NCBI GenBank assembly: GCA_024277065.1
Contig: JAJRVY010000060.1
Location: 9,486-73,485 of the forward strand
Length of the DNA: 64,000 bases
Direction: 5' to 3'
Origin: Planctomycetota bacterium
GTDB lineage: Bacteria > Planctomycetota > JAJSAM01 > JAJVHW01
The notes beneath the pieces are model-generated. The model had not been told where the DNA came from, did not search any database, and worked only from the letters and a program-made list of their open reading frames with translations. Below, piece by piece: positions 19,880-32,035 of the stretch (the first letter of the stretch is position 1; each line of letters starts with the position of its first letter). The position numbers were made by a program, and so were the translations under genes.

Positions 19880-21297
19880 TTCGTAGACCCGGACTGTTCG
19901 ACGAGCCGCGCCGCGTACACCTCGTCGGTCTCGGCGGGATCGGCGTCTCCGCCCTGGCGCAGGCGCTCCTCCACACCGGGCACCTCGTCTCGGGGTCCGA
20001 CGTGCGCGACGGCGAGCGACTGACGCGGCTGCGCCGGCTCGGTGCGCGCGTGAGCGTCGGCCACGTGGCGGAGAACCTCCCGAACGACACCGATGTCCTG
20101 GTCGTCAGCGCGGCGGTCGATCGCATGAATCCCGAGGTCGTCGAGGCACTGGCGCGGGGCGTGCGTGTCATCAAGTATGCCGAGGCGCTCGGAGAGCTGA
20201 TGTCGCGCGAGCACGGCGTGGCCGTGGCCGGTACCCACGGGAAGACGACGACCACCGGGCTGATGGCGACGATGCTCGTCAAGGGAGGGCTCGACCCCAC
20301 GATGATCCTCGGCGGGGACGCCGCGCCACTCGGCGGCAACTACCGCACCGGATGCGGCCGGTACTTCGTCGTCGAGGCCTGCGAGTTCGATCGCTCGTTC
20401 CTGTCGCTCGAGCCACGGTCCGCCGTCATCACGAACATCGACGGCGACCACTTCGACTACTACCGCGATCTCGACGAGATCTACGAGGCGTTCGTGGACT
20501 TCGCACGGCTCATCCCGACCGACGGGTACCTGGCGACTCTCAACGAGCACGAGCGCGTCCTCGACGTGCCCTCGGTGACCTGCGACATCGAGACGTTCGG
20601 ACTGCGCGGCAACGCGGACTGGGTGGCATCGGACTGGCGCCGCACGGACGGCGTCACGTACTTCTCCGTGCGCTACCGCGGCCACTACGAGGGCGTCTTC
20701 GAACTCCGTCTCTCGGGTCTGCACAACCTCTGCAACTCGCTGGGCGTGATCGCCGTGGGGCATCGTCTCGGCCTCGACCACGACGACGTCATCCGGCCGG
20801 CTCTGCGCGAGTACCGCGGCGTCGATCGCCGCATGCAAGCGCGCTACGAGGGCCACGGTGTACTGCTCCTCGACGACTACGCGCACCACCCCCACGAGCT
20901 CGCCGCCGTGCTCTCGACGCTTCGTGACGAGTACCGCGGGCGGCGCATCGTCGCCGTCTTCCAGCCGCACCAGGCCGGTCGCACGCGGCGTCACCTGCGC
21001 GAGTTCGCGGAGGCGCTCATGATCGCGGATCGCGTGTACGTGCCCGACATCTTCATCGCCCGCGACAGCGAGGAGGAGCAGCGTTCCGTGCACGCGCTCG
21101 ATCTCGTGCGAACGGCGGCGAACCGCGGCGTCGATGTGACGTATGTACAGAATCTCGGGGACGTGGCGGGCGAGATCCTGTCGGAGATCCGCGTGGGGGA
21201 TCTGATCGTCACGATGGGCGCCGGAAACGTGACGGAGGTATCGCGTGATCTCGCGGACCGACTTCGAGCTTTCGATCGACAGGCCATTACCCCGTAG
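19876..21297 (+). CDS. murC: UDP-MurNAc--L-alanine ligase
   Basis: GLGGIGVSALA, AGTHGKTTTT, EACEFDRSF, DDYAHHP, VFQPH, MGAG. Confidence 0.96.
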   Translation: MIRRPGLFDEPRRVHLVGLGGIGVSALAQALLHTGHLVSGSDVRDGERLTRLRRLGARVSVGHVAENLPNDTDVLVVSAAVDRMNPEVVEALARGVRVIKYAEALGELMSREHGVAVAGTHGKTTTTGLMATMLVKGGLDPTMILGGDAAPLGGNYRTGCGRYFVVEACEFDRSFLSLEPRSAVITNIDGDHFDYYRDLDEIYEAFVDFARLIPTDGYLATLNEHERVLDVPSVTCDIETFGLRGNADWVASDWRRTDGVTYFSVRYRGHYEGVFELRLSGLHNLCNSLGVIAVGHRLGLDHDDVIRPALREYRGVDRRMQARYEGHGVLLLDDYAHHPHELAAVLSTLRDEYRGRRIVAVFQPHQAGRTRRHLREFAEALMIADRVYVPDIFIARDSEEEQRSVHALDLVRTAANRGVDVTYVQNLGDVAGEILSEIRVGDLIVTMGAGNVTEVSRDLADRLRAFDRQAITP

Positions 21298-21307
21298 GCG
21301 GGCGACC

Positions 21308-22168
21308 GTGGCGGATGCGCCGGCTCTCAGCGCGCTGACGACCCTCGGTGTGGGGGGGCCGGCGGACGTGCTCTGCCGTCCGGCGGACGCCCGCGGCGTG
21401 CGGCGGGCGCTCGCTGCGGCGCGCGCCGAGGGCAGCCGCTGGCGCGTGATCGGGCGCGGCTCCAACCTCGTCGTGGACGACGCCGGCGTGGACGGTTGGG
21501 TGCTGGACCTGCGTCGCCTGCGCGCGCTCGTCGTGCAGGACGACGGGCGCGTCGTGGCCGGTGCGGGGTTGCCGACGGCGACGCTCCTCGGCGAGACCAG
21601 GAGGCGTGGGCTGGGGGGGCTCGAGTGTCTCGTCGGGTACCCGGCGACCGTGGGCGGCGCGGTGCGCATGAACGCCGGGGGGCGCTGGGGCGTCGTAGGC
21701 GCCCGCGTCGCGTCGGTCGTCGCGATCGACCGTGTCGGGAACGTACACACGTTCGATCGTGCGGCGTGCCGCTTCGGCTACCGGACGAGCGCGCTCGCGG
21801 ACCACGTGATCGTGGAGGTGCACCTGCGCCTGCCGCGCGTCGATGGCGTGGCGTATCGCCGTGCGGTCGAGGAGATCCACCGCGAGAAGGCATCCCGGCA
21901 ACCGCTGTGCCTGCCGAGCGCGGGGTGCATGTTCCGCAACCCGGACGGGATCAGCGCCGGGCTGCTGGTCGATCGCGCAGGGCTCAAGGGCCGGCGGCGT
22001 GGCGGCGCCCAGATCTCGGAGGTGCACGGCAACTTCGTCGTGAACCGTGGCGGGGCCACGGCGTCCGACGTGCTCGGGCTCGTGGACGACGCGCGATCGG
22101 CCGTCGCACGCGTGCACGGCGTCGATCTGACGCTGGAAGTCGAGATCTGGCGGCGGCGTGCGACGTGA
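21308..22168 (+). CDS. murB: UDP-N-acetylenolpyruvoylglucosamine reductase
   Basis: GRGSNL, PATVGGAVRMNAG, FGYRTS, SAGCMFRNP, HGNFVVN. Start codon approximate. Confidence 0.93.
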   Translation: MADAPALSALTTLGVGGPADVLCRPADARGVRRALAAARAEGSRWRVIGRGSNLVVDDAGVDGWVLDLRRLRALVVQDDGRVVAGAGLPTATLLGETRRRGLGGLECLVGYPATVGGAVRMNAGGRWGVVGARVASVVAIDRVGNVHTFDRAACRFGYRTSALADHVIVEVHLRLPRVDGVAYRRAVEEIHREKASRQPLCLPSAGCMFRNPDGISAGLLVDRAGLKGRRRGGAQISEVHGNFVVNRGGATASDVLGLVDDARSAVARVHGVDLTLEVEIWRRRAT

Positions 22169-22597
22169 TCAGGGCGCGCTCCCCCCACGTGGTCGCGCGC
22201 GTCCCCCGCCGCGGCCGCGTCGGCAGGCCGCGAACGCTGTCCCCCCCGCGTTCTATCCTTCGCAGCGTTCCGGAAGGAGCAGCGGGCCCGGCAGCCCTGC
22301 TTCCGACGGGCGCGGCGCGTCGTCCACGCGGCGGCGCGCGGCGACGACCACGATCTGGACACGAGACCACGGCGAGGGCGGCGGGGGATTCGGCGGGGCC
22401 GCACGGCGTCCGCGCCGGGAACTTGCGCCGCGTTCACCGGACGACCCGCGTTCAGCGCATAGCCACAGCCTGGGTGATTGCCGCCCGGGTATACCCAGTT
22501 CGGACGAACCCAGTCCTCGGCGTACCGACGCTCGGCGTCTCGCCGCCCCTGACGACGTACACGCCGTACATCACGGACACGACCACACGGAGCCAAC

Positions 22598-22873
22598 ATG
22601 ATCGTTCCCGAGAAGATGAGCCTCAGCGATTTCGTTTCCCGTCGCCTGCACCCGGTGAAGGTGACCATCAGCCTCATGCGCCACGAACTCGCGCACAACA
22701 GCAAGGGCGACAACACCGAGATGAGCCGGCACCTCTTGTCGTCCGCGATCTCGACGCTCGAGCTGTTCGTCGAGGACTACGAGAAGCTGATCAGCAGCAC
22801 GACGAAGGCGAGCGCGGCGATGGCCGATCGCAAGTTCGTCGAGGACGCCAAGCCGTCGCTGCTCGGCGGCTGA
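22598..22873 (+). CDS. Hypothetical 91-aa helical protein within the dcw cluster
   Basis: GGAG RBS at 22589-22592; very strong C/G-ending codon bias; no recognisable motif. Confidence 0.8.
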   Translation: MIVPEKMSLSDFVSRRLHPVKVTISLMRHELAHNSKGDNTEMSRHLLSSAISTLELFVEDYEKLISSTTKASAAMADRKFVEDAKPSLLGG

Positions 22874-22971
22874 GGGCGCAGACCATTCGTGGACGGTCCG
22901 GGCCGAGGGCCCGGCCGCACCACCTTGCGGCAGCGGTGCCCGTCCCTGCGGGGCCGCTCCGCGGACCCATT

Positions 22972-23040
22972 GCCTGCACCGGCCCTGTCGCCTGCACCGA
23001 ACCCGTCACCTGCAACGGACCCCCCGCCTGCAACGGACCG
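22972..23040 (+). repeat. Imperfect 18-bp tandem repeat, about 4 copies
   Basis: gcctgcaccggccctgtc / gcctgcaccgaacccgtc / acctgcaacggacccccc / gcctgcaacggaccg. Confidence 0.8.
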
Positions 23041-23270
23041 GGCCCCGTCAGCGTCCGCGGCAGCGCGGCGCCGGCGACGGTGTGGGCCGTCGGCGCTCGG
23101 GCCAGTGCCCGCGGCTTCGATGCGGGTGTCGCGGGGCGCCGCTGGGCCCGGTCGCGGGGCGCGAGTTCGTGGGGGGGCGCTGCACGGGCGAACCCGCCGC
23201 GGCGTTGCGCGGGTTCACGCGGGGCGTCCGGTCGGATGACGCGCGAGAGTGGGGCGCGCGGGGGGGCGGG

Positions 23271-24200
23271 ATGACGCGCGAGGGTTGGCGTGTGCGCCTG
23301 GTGTTCGCCGGCAAGGCGCTCGTCATGACCTCGCTCCTGGCGGCCGCCGCACTGCTCGTCGTGCGTGCGCAGCGACATCGTGCGGACCGCGGGCGGCACC
23401 TCGTGGACCTCGCGAACTGGAACGTCATCGAGCGGCCGGCGTGGTCGGAGCAGGGCGACGTGGTGGCGGTGCGCGACGCCAGCGGCCTCGTCGGGCGGGC
23501 GCTGCCGCTGTACGACAGGTCGGCGGCGGAACTCGTTCGCGCAGCCCTCGAGGACACCCCTCGCGTGCTCCGCGTGATCTCGACGCGGCGTATTCCGCCC
23601 GACACCATCGAGGTGGCGCTGGAGATGCGGCGTCCCGTCGCTGCCGTCGTCGTGGCGGGCGGCGCATGGGTCGAGGTGGACGCCGAGGGCGTCGTGCTCG
23701 GTCCGCCCACCGTGCAGCGGCCCGTGCGTAGCGGCGTGGCGTTGCGGGTGGTCACCGGTGGCGCGCAGCGCACTCCGGCGCCAGGACGGCGCTGCGCGCC
23801 CGACGTCCGCGCCGGAGTGCGGCTCTGTCGCCTGCTCGACGCATATCGCGACGGTCTCGGCGCGCACGTCCTGCGCACCTTCGACGAGGTCGATGTGGCG
23901 AATCACGGCGGGCGCGTCGCGCCGGCCGCGTCCGCGCTCCTGCTTCGCGCCTCACCGCCGTCCGCGGGCGTGGCGCGCCCGACGCCGTGCGTCGTCGAGT
24001 GGGGCAGGCTCGGCACGTCGCACGGTGAGCCGCCGTTCGAGGACAAGGCTGCCAGACTCGAGCGGGCGATCTCCGTGTTCGACGATTTCGAGGGCGTCGC
24101 TCGTGTGCGCGTCGCCTTCGACACGCTGACGGTTCTGCCCATCGACGGCCCCGCCGGAGATTGGTTGCCGGCGCTCGCGAACCAGACGTTCGGGCGATGA
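23271..24200 (+). CDS. ftsQ: FtsQ/DivIB-like protein
   Basis: N-terminal TM, then a POTRA-like segment (TRRIPPDTIEVALEMRRPVAAV...VDAEGVVL); located at the end of the dcw cluster. Confidence 0.65.
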   Translation: MTREGWRVRLVFAGKALVMTSLLAAAALLVVRAQRHRADRGRHLVDLANWNVIERPAWSEQGDVVAVRDASGLVGRALPLYDRSAAELVRAALEDTPRVLRVISTRRIPPDTIEVALEMRRPVAAVVVAGGAWVEVDAEGVVLGPPTVQRPVRSGVALRVVTGGAQRTPAPGRRCAPDVRAGVRLCRLLDAYRDGLGAHVLRTFDEVDVANHGGRVAPAASALLLRASPPSAGVARPTPCVVEWGRLGTSHGEPPFEDKAARLERAISVFDDFEGVARVRVAFDTLTVLPIDGPAGDWLPALANQTFGR

Positions 24201-26014
24201 CGATCGCCCCTGGCTCGCGTGCTCGGTCGGCATCGGAAGAGACCGGCGAGCGTCCGGCGAGCGTGGCGATCGCCGCCCTGGCGATCGCCGGCGGGATCGC
24301 CGCGCTGTTGCTCGCCGCGCCGGCGCCCGCGGCGCCGGGGGCGGCACGTCTCACGTCTGCCGACGTCGTGCTCGGAGCCTTCGACGTGTTGTGGTTGCTC
24401 GCTCTCGCGTGGCCGCGTGGCAGGTCCGCCCGCGGTCGCGTCCTCGTGGTCGTGACGCTGCTCGCCGTCGGGCTTCCGTTCCACGTGGCGTTCGCCGCCG
24501 CCGCCGGCGCCGGAGCGGGGCATGCGGCGGCCTTCGGCGGCATCGCGCTGGCGGCGTGCGTCGCCGGCGCGTCGGCGCCGGGCGGCGCGACGTATCCGTC
24601 GGCGCTCGTTGCCGCGTGTGTGGCCTTGCCGCTCGCCGGCTACGCGTTCAGCGATCTGGCGGGCGTGGACGCCCTGGCGTTCGTGCGCGCGTCGCCGCTC
24701 ACGTCGTCCGTCCTCCTGGCGCGCCGGGCGCCTGACGTGGGGGCGGCCGACGGCGTCCCCGCCGCCACCGTCCTGTTGATCGTGGCTCTCATCGGGGCTC
24801 TGCGCCGTCGTCCGTTCGGCGCCGGCGCGCGCGCGCTGGCCGTGCTCGCCGTGTGCGCTGCGGCCGTTTCCGCGACCGCGGAGACGCCCCGCGTCGAGCC
24901 CCTGCTGGGCGGTGTCGTTCGCGAGGGCGCCCCCGTCGTCGTCCGCGCTCCCGGCGCGCAGCGCGTGCGTGCCCGCGGTGGCCCCTGGGCCGGGCCGGTG
25001 GGCGAGCGGCGCGACGAGTTCGTGCTGCTCTGGGCGCGCCCTCGCGGCGACGTCCTCGACGTGGACGTCACGGACGTCGCCGGGAACGTCGCCGCTGTGG
25101 AACTCGCCGTGCGTCCGCTTCCGGCGCGTCAGGGGCCGGGCGGGGGGGGATGGACGGCGTCGCTCGCCCCGCGCGCGGGGGACGGTCTACGCGACGGCGT
25201 CGTGTCGGTGCGTCCCATCGCCCTGCCCACGGTGCCCGAGGCGTGGCTCGTCTTCGACGACGTCGGCGATGTCCCGGATGGCCTGCCTCCCGCTGCCCGG
25301 CGGGCGCTCGATGCGGCGTGCAGTCGGCCGCGGTCGCGCCCGTTCGAGCCGGCTCTCCTGCCTCCCTCCCCACAGGCGTTCCGGGCGGCGGCGCAGTCCG
25401 CGGCCGTCGCGCCGCGTCTCTCTGCGGATGTCGGGCGCGTGCTCGGGATCGTGGCCGTGCTCGTCATCGTCCTGGTCGTCATCGTGCGCCGCCGGCCGGC
25501 GTCCGGTCGCCTCGCGGCCGCATGGTTGGCGGCGCCGCCCGTCGTCGCGCTGGTCTGGATGCTCCTGTCCGGTGCCTTGCCGGGCGCCGTGCGCGGTCAT
25601 GCGATCGTGCTCGAGCGCGACGGCGCCGCCGTCGCGCTGCTGCGCCTCTCCGCGGTGCGTAGCGGCGAGGTGACGGTTGCGCTCACGGATGGGGCCGGTG
25701 GCGTGGCGAGTCTCCTCGTGCCCGTGCGGTGGGGGCCCGGCGACAGCGCGCCGGAGGGCGTCGCGGTCGGGACGACCGCCCGTCTGCGCATCGAGCGCGG
25801 ACACAGCGTGCTGCTTGCCTTCCGGCTGCCCGCCGGCGACCTACGCGGCGGCGAGGGCGTGGGTGGTGGCCCGGCGCTCGCGACGATCTCCGAGTGGCTG
25901 CGGCCGGCCGGCCGCAAGATCGTGCCGGTCGCCGGCGGGGGCGCGCTCCCCGTCGTGCTCGACGGCGCACGCCTGCTGCGCGTGCAGCGCATGGCCGTGA
26001 CGCCCGTGCGATGA
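24197..26014 (+). CDS. Hypothetical multi-pass membrane protein (605 aa)
   Basis: ATGA overlap with ftsQ-like. About 6-7 N-terminal TMs, a soluble domain, 2 more TMs and a C-terminal domain; very Ala/Gly-rich. Confidence 0.6.
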   Translation: MTIAPGSRARSASEETGERPASVAIAALAIAGGIAALLLAAPAPAAPGAARLTSADVVLGAFDVLWLLALAWPRGRSARGRVLVVVTLLAVGLPFHVAFAAAAGAGAGHAAAFGGIALAACVAGASAPGGATYPSALVAACVALPLAGYAFSDLAGVDALAFVRASPLTSSVLLARRAPDVGAADGVPAATVLLIVALIGALRRRPFGAGARALAVLAVCAAAVSATAETPRVEPLLGGVVREGAPVVVRAPGAQRVRARGGPWAGPVGERRDEFVLLWARPRGDVLDVDVTDVAGNVAAVELAVRPLPARQGPGGGGWTASLAPRAGDGLRDGVVSVRPIALPTVPEAWLVFDDVGDVPDGLPPAARRALDAACSRPRSRPFEPALLPPSPQAFRAAAQSAAVAPRLSADVGRVLGIVAVLVIVLVVIVRRRPASGRLAAAWLAAPPVVALVWMLLSGALPGAVRGHAIVLERDGAAVALLRLSAVRSGEVTVALTDGAGGVASLLVPVRWGPGDSAPEGVAVGTTARLRIERGHSVLLAFRLPAGDLRGGEGVGGGPALATISEWLRPAGRKIVPVAGGGALPVVLDGARLLRVQRMAVTPVR

Positions 26015-26138
26015 CGTCGAACTCGCTGCACGGGCTCTAAATTAGTGGACGGTTCCGGCCACGGTCCCGACCATCGCCCGCTTCCCCTCGGGCTCTCGCG
26101 GGATTCGCCCGCGGCCCCCCCGGAACGGAGCGCTCGTG

Positions 26139-26570
26139 ATGCGGACTTACATGGCCAAGAAGGGTGAGGTGGAGCAGCGCTGGCACCTCGTCGATGGTGA
26201 CGACAAGGTCGTCGGCCGGCTCGCCTCGCGGATCGCTCGTGTGCTCATGGGCAAGCACCGCCCGGAGTACACCCCGCACATCGACACCGGCGACTACATC
26301 GTGGTCGTGAACGCCGCCAAGGTCCGCTTCACGGGCCGCAAGGCGGAGAACAAGCGCTACTACCACTATACCGGTCACCCCGGCGGTCTGCGCGAACGGA
26401 CCGTCTCGAACCTCCTCGCGAACAAGCCCGAGGAGATCCTGTACCTGGCCGTGCGGCGCATGCTCCCGAAGACGCGCCTCGGTCGTCAGATGATCCAGAA
26501 GCTGAAGATCTATCCGGGCGCGGAGCATCCGCACGAGGCCCAGCAGCCGCAGCCCCTCACGCTGAAGTAG
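26139..26570 (+). CDS. rplM: 50S ribosomal protein L13
   Basis: WHLVDG, GRLASRIA, GKHRPEYTPHIDTGDYIVVVNA, HPHEAQQP. Confidence 0.98.
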   Translation: MRTYMAKKGEVEQRWHLVDGDDKVVGRLASRIARVLMGKHRPEYTPHIDTGDYIVVVNAAKVRFTGRKAENKRYYHYTGHPGGLRERTVSNLLANKPEEILYLAVRRMLPKTRLGRQMIQKLKIYPGAEHPHEAQQPQPLTLK

Positions 26571-26574
26571 GACC

Positions 26575-27195
26575 ATGACCGAGAGCGACACCCCCGAGAC
26601 GACACCTGCCGACGAGACGAAGCCTGTTGCGGAGACCGTGACCGAGCAGGTCGTCGAGGCGCCCCCGACGAGTGAGCCCGCAGAGACGGCGGAGACGGCG
26701 GCGACGGACGAGGCGGCGGCGCCCGCCGGTGATCCGTCTGTCGTGGGCGAGCCCGAGCAGCCGGCCGCCGAAGCCGTCGTCGCCGCGCCGCGCCGCGACG
26801 TCGATGCCCGCAACCCCGTCTGGGCCGTGGGCCGTCGCAAGTCCTCCACGGCGCGCATCCGGATGTTCCCCGGCGGGGGCAACTTCGTCATCAACGGCAA
26901 GCCGCTCGACGAGTACTTCCGTCTCGTGAAGGACCAGCACGATGCGACGAAGCCGCTGCATGTGGCCGACGTCCGCAAGAAGTACGACGTCTGGGTCAAC
27001 GCCGACGGTGGCGGCATGACAGGTCAGTCGGGCGCTGTGGCGCTGGGTGTCGCTCGTGCGCTCGTGATCCTCGAGCCGGCGACGGAGCAGGTACTGCGCG
27101 ATGCCGGGCTCATGAGTCGCGACGCCCGCGTCAAGGAGCGCAAGAAGTACGGTCGCCGGGGCGCACGCCGCGGCTTCCAGTTCAGCAAGCGCTGA
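26575..27195 (+). CDS. rpsI: 30S ribosomal protein S9 with acidic N-terminal extension
   Basis: GRRKSSTAR, GGGMTGQSGA, ERKKYGRRGARRGFQFSKR. Confidence 0.97.
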   Translation: MTESDTPETTPADETKPVAETVTEQVVEAPPTSEPAETAETAATDEAAAPAGDPSVVGEPEQPAAEAVVAAPRRDVDARNPVWAVGRRKSSTARIRMFPGGGNFVINGKPLDEYFRLVKDQHDATKPLHVADVRKKYDVWVNADGGGMTGQSGAVALGVARALVILEPATEQVLRDAGLMSRDARVKERKKYGRRGARRGFQFSKR

Positions 27196-27213
27196 TCCGC
27201 GCCTCGGCCGGGC

Positions 27214-27246
27214 CGGGCCGCCGCTTCCCCTGGAGGCGGCGGCCCG
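27214..27246 (+). terminator. Stem-loop after rpsI
   Basis: CGGGCCGCCGCTTCC-CCT-GGAGGCGGCGGCCCG: 15-bp stem with one G-U pair. Confidence 0.55.
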
Positions 27247-27331
27247 CTCGATTCCCGCGCCTGCCGATTCCTCCCGCTGGCGTGGTGCGTGACCCTATTC
27301 TCGTTCGACCGGAAGGAAGACCCCTCGAGTC

Positions 27332-28069
27332 ATGGCAGGACACTCGCACTGGGCGAACATCGCTCACAAGAAGGCCGCGATCGATCGCAAGCGCGGTCGG
27401 CTCTTCAGCAAGTTGGCGCGGCGCATGATCGCGGCGGCGAAGCAGGGCGGCGGCGATCCGGCCGCGAACCTGAAACTGGCGAACGCCGTGCAGGCAGCGC
27501 GCGCGGCCAACATGTCGAACGACCAGATCAAGCGTGCGATCCAGCGCGCGGTCGGCGGCGCGGATGCGGCCGATTTCGAGGAACTGATCTATGAGGGCTA
27601 CGCCCCCGGTGGCGCGGCCGTCCTGATCGAGACGCTGACGGACAATCGCAATCGCACGGGTGGCGACGTCCGCATGATCTTCACCAAGAACGGCGGCAAC
27701 CTCGGCTCGAGCGGTTCGGTGGCGTGGCAGTTCGCGCGCCTTGCGGTGGTGCGCGTGGCCGCCGCGAGCACCACCGAGGACGACCTCATGATGGCCGTCC
27801 TCGACGCCGGAGCCGATGCGATCGAGGAGGACGGAGAGTTCTTCGAGGTGCGCGGTGCGGCCGACTCCCTCGCAGCCCTGCGCGCGGCGATCGAGGGCGC
27901 AGGTCTGACACCCGTGTCAGCCGATGTGATGTACGTGCCCGGCGAATCGTGCCCCGTGGACGAGGCGGTGGGCAAGCGGGTCGCCGCGCTCCTCGAGGCG
28001 CTCGAGGAGAACGACGATGTTCAGAACGTGTATTCGAATGCGGACTTTCCCGTTGGGTTCGAGGCGTGA
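27332..28069 (+). CDS. yebC: YebC/PmpR family protein
   Basis: MAGHSHWANIAHKK, YEGYAPGG, TDNRNRT, LEENDDVQNVYSN. Confidence 0.95.
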   Translation: MAGHSHWANIAHKKAAIDRKRGRLFSKLARRMIAAAKQGGGDPAANLKLANAVQAARAANMSNDQIKRAIQRAVGGADAADFEELIYEGYAPGGAAVLIETLTDNRNRTGGDVRMIFTKNGGNLGSSGSVAWQFARLAVVRVAAASTTEDDLMMAVLDAGADAIEEDGEFFEVRGAADSLAALRAAIEGAGLTPVSADVMYVPGESCPVDEAVGKRVAALLEALEENDDVQNVYSNADFPVGFEA

Positions 28070-28114
28070 CCCCGTCGCGCGCGTGGTGACCGGTACGAGG
28101 CGAGGAGATCTCAG

Positions 28115-28516
28115 ATGACCGATGACCTCTGGACCGACGACGATCACCGGGAGCGCCGCACGCAGGAGCGCGAGAACCGTACCGTCGAGCGCTTCAAGAC
28201 GAGTTCGCGTGGATTGCGGCGCGTCTTCGGAGGCCACTTCTCCGAGAGCAGCCCCGAGGTCGAGGCCGTCGTCTATCACCTGGCTTCCGCCGAGGCCAAA
28301 CTCCCGACCACGCGCGAAGCGATCCGCCTCGCGCGCTATCCCGGGGCCGGCGATCGCGATCCGCGGCGCTTCGCGATGGGGCTCTGGGAGAATCTGAGCG
28401 TACTCCACAAGCATCTGCAGGGAGCCATGGACTCCCTCGAGAAGCTGGCCCGCGCCAACGGCGACAACCGCGGCAGCGTCCGCGAGCCCGACGACGACGA
28501 AGCCGACGACCTGTAG
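28115..28516 (+). CDS. Hypothetical protein (133 aa)
   Basis: GAGGAG RBS; typical codon bias; no recognised motif. Confidence 0.7.
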   Translation: MTDDLWTDDDHRERRTQERENRTVERFKTSSRGLRRVFGGHFSESSPEVEAVVYHLASAEAKLPTTREAIRLARYPGAGDRDPRRFAMGLWENLSVLHKHLQGAMDSLEKLARANGDNRGSVREPDDDEADDL

Positions 28517-28575
28517 GCCGCGGCGCTCCGACGCCGGCTCGCAGCCGCGCGGCACGCGCCGGCTCCGACGGGCGG

Positions 28576-31287
<2,712 letters not shown>

Positions 31288-31378
31288 GTCTCCCCGCGGG
31301 AGCCTCCTCGTGTGTGCGGCGGCCGTCGCGTCGCGTCGTGCCGCGGCGCATGCCGCGTGCGCGCGGCACCCGCCTGGA

Positions 31379-32035
31379 TCAGAACTGCTCCTCGATGCGT
31401 TCGAGGAAGCGCACTCCGTGGACGTCGCGGAGTTCCTGGATGAGCCACTCCTGACGGTACTCCAGCCGCAGGATGGCGCTTGGTTCGACGCCCTCGAGGC
31501 CCTCGAACCGGATCGGCTGCGTCGGCACGACCCAGCCATCGTCGATCGCGATCATCGCGCCGAGTGGCGGCACGACCGCCTGGCTCTCGGGGACGAAGTC
31601 GTCACGGAGCTTCACGTAGGCCAGATCACGTCGTTTGAAGATGACGAGTGCGCTCATCTCGCCGTTGCGCACGGCGATCACGCCGTACGTGCGCTCGGCG
31701 TTGAACTGCGTCGGTTCGCGCTCTGCGGTCCGCAGCGTCTCAGCGTCGGCCTGGAAGAGCTCCTCGTACTCCTCGAACGCCGACGTGAACTCGGCCTGCG
31801 AGAAGTCGCCGTAGCGAGCGCGGAAGTCCGGGTGCAGCGAGCCGTAGATGTCGGCGATGCGGCGGTCGCGGAAGGCGGCGATCAGGTAGTCGAGGGCCTC
31901 GCCGGGGGTGTCGCGCGTGAGCCGCGTGTCGCCGACGAGGGGCTGCTCCACGGGGCAGATCGCGCGTGCGAGGGAGCAGCAGCCGGGCAGCAGGAGGGCT
32001 GCTGCGAGCACGATCACGACCAACGACCTCACCAT
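31379..32035 (-). CDS. Hypothetical lipoprotein
   Basis: AGGAGGAGG RBS; MVRSLVVIVLAAALLLPGC lipobox. Confidence 0.75.
   Translation of the reverse strand: MVRSLVVIVLAAALLLPGCCSLARAICPVEQPLVGDTRLTRDTPGEALDYLIAAFRDRRIADIYGSLHPDFRARYGDFSQAEFTSAFEEYEELFQADAETLRTAEREPTQFNAERTYGVIAVRNGEMSALVIFKRRDLAYVKLRDDFVPESQAVVPPLGAMIAIDDGWVVPTQPIRFEGLEGVEPSAILRLEYRQEWLIQELRDVHGVRFLERIEEQF

Noticed and set aside
22158-22601. 147-aa ORF between murB and the 91-aa gene as a divergent ddl
   Set aside because: No ATP-grasp motifs, poor codon bias, low-complexity translation; treated as intergenic.
22972-23040. Possible CRISPR-like array
   Set aside because: Contiguous 18-bp units with no unique spacers and no cas genes.
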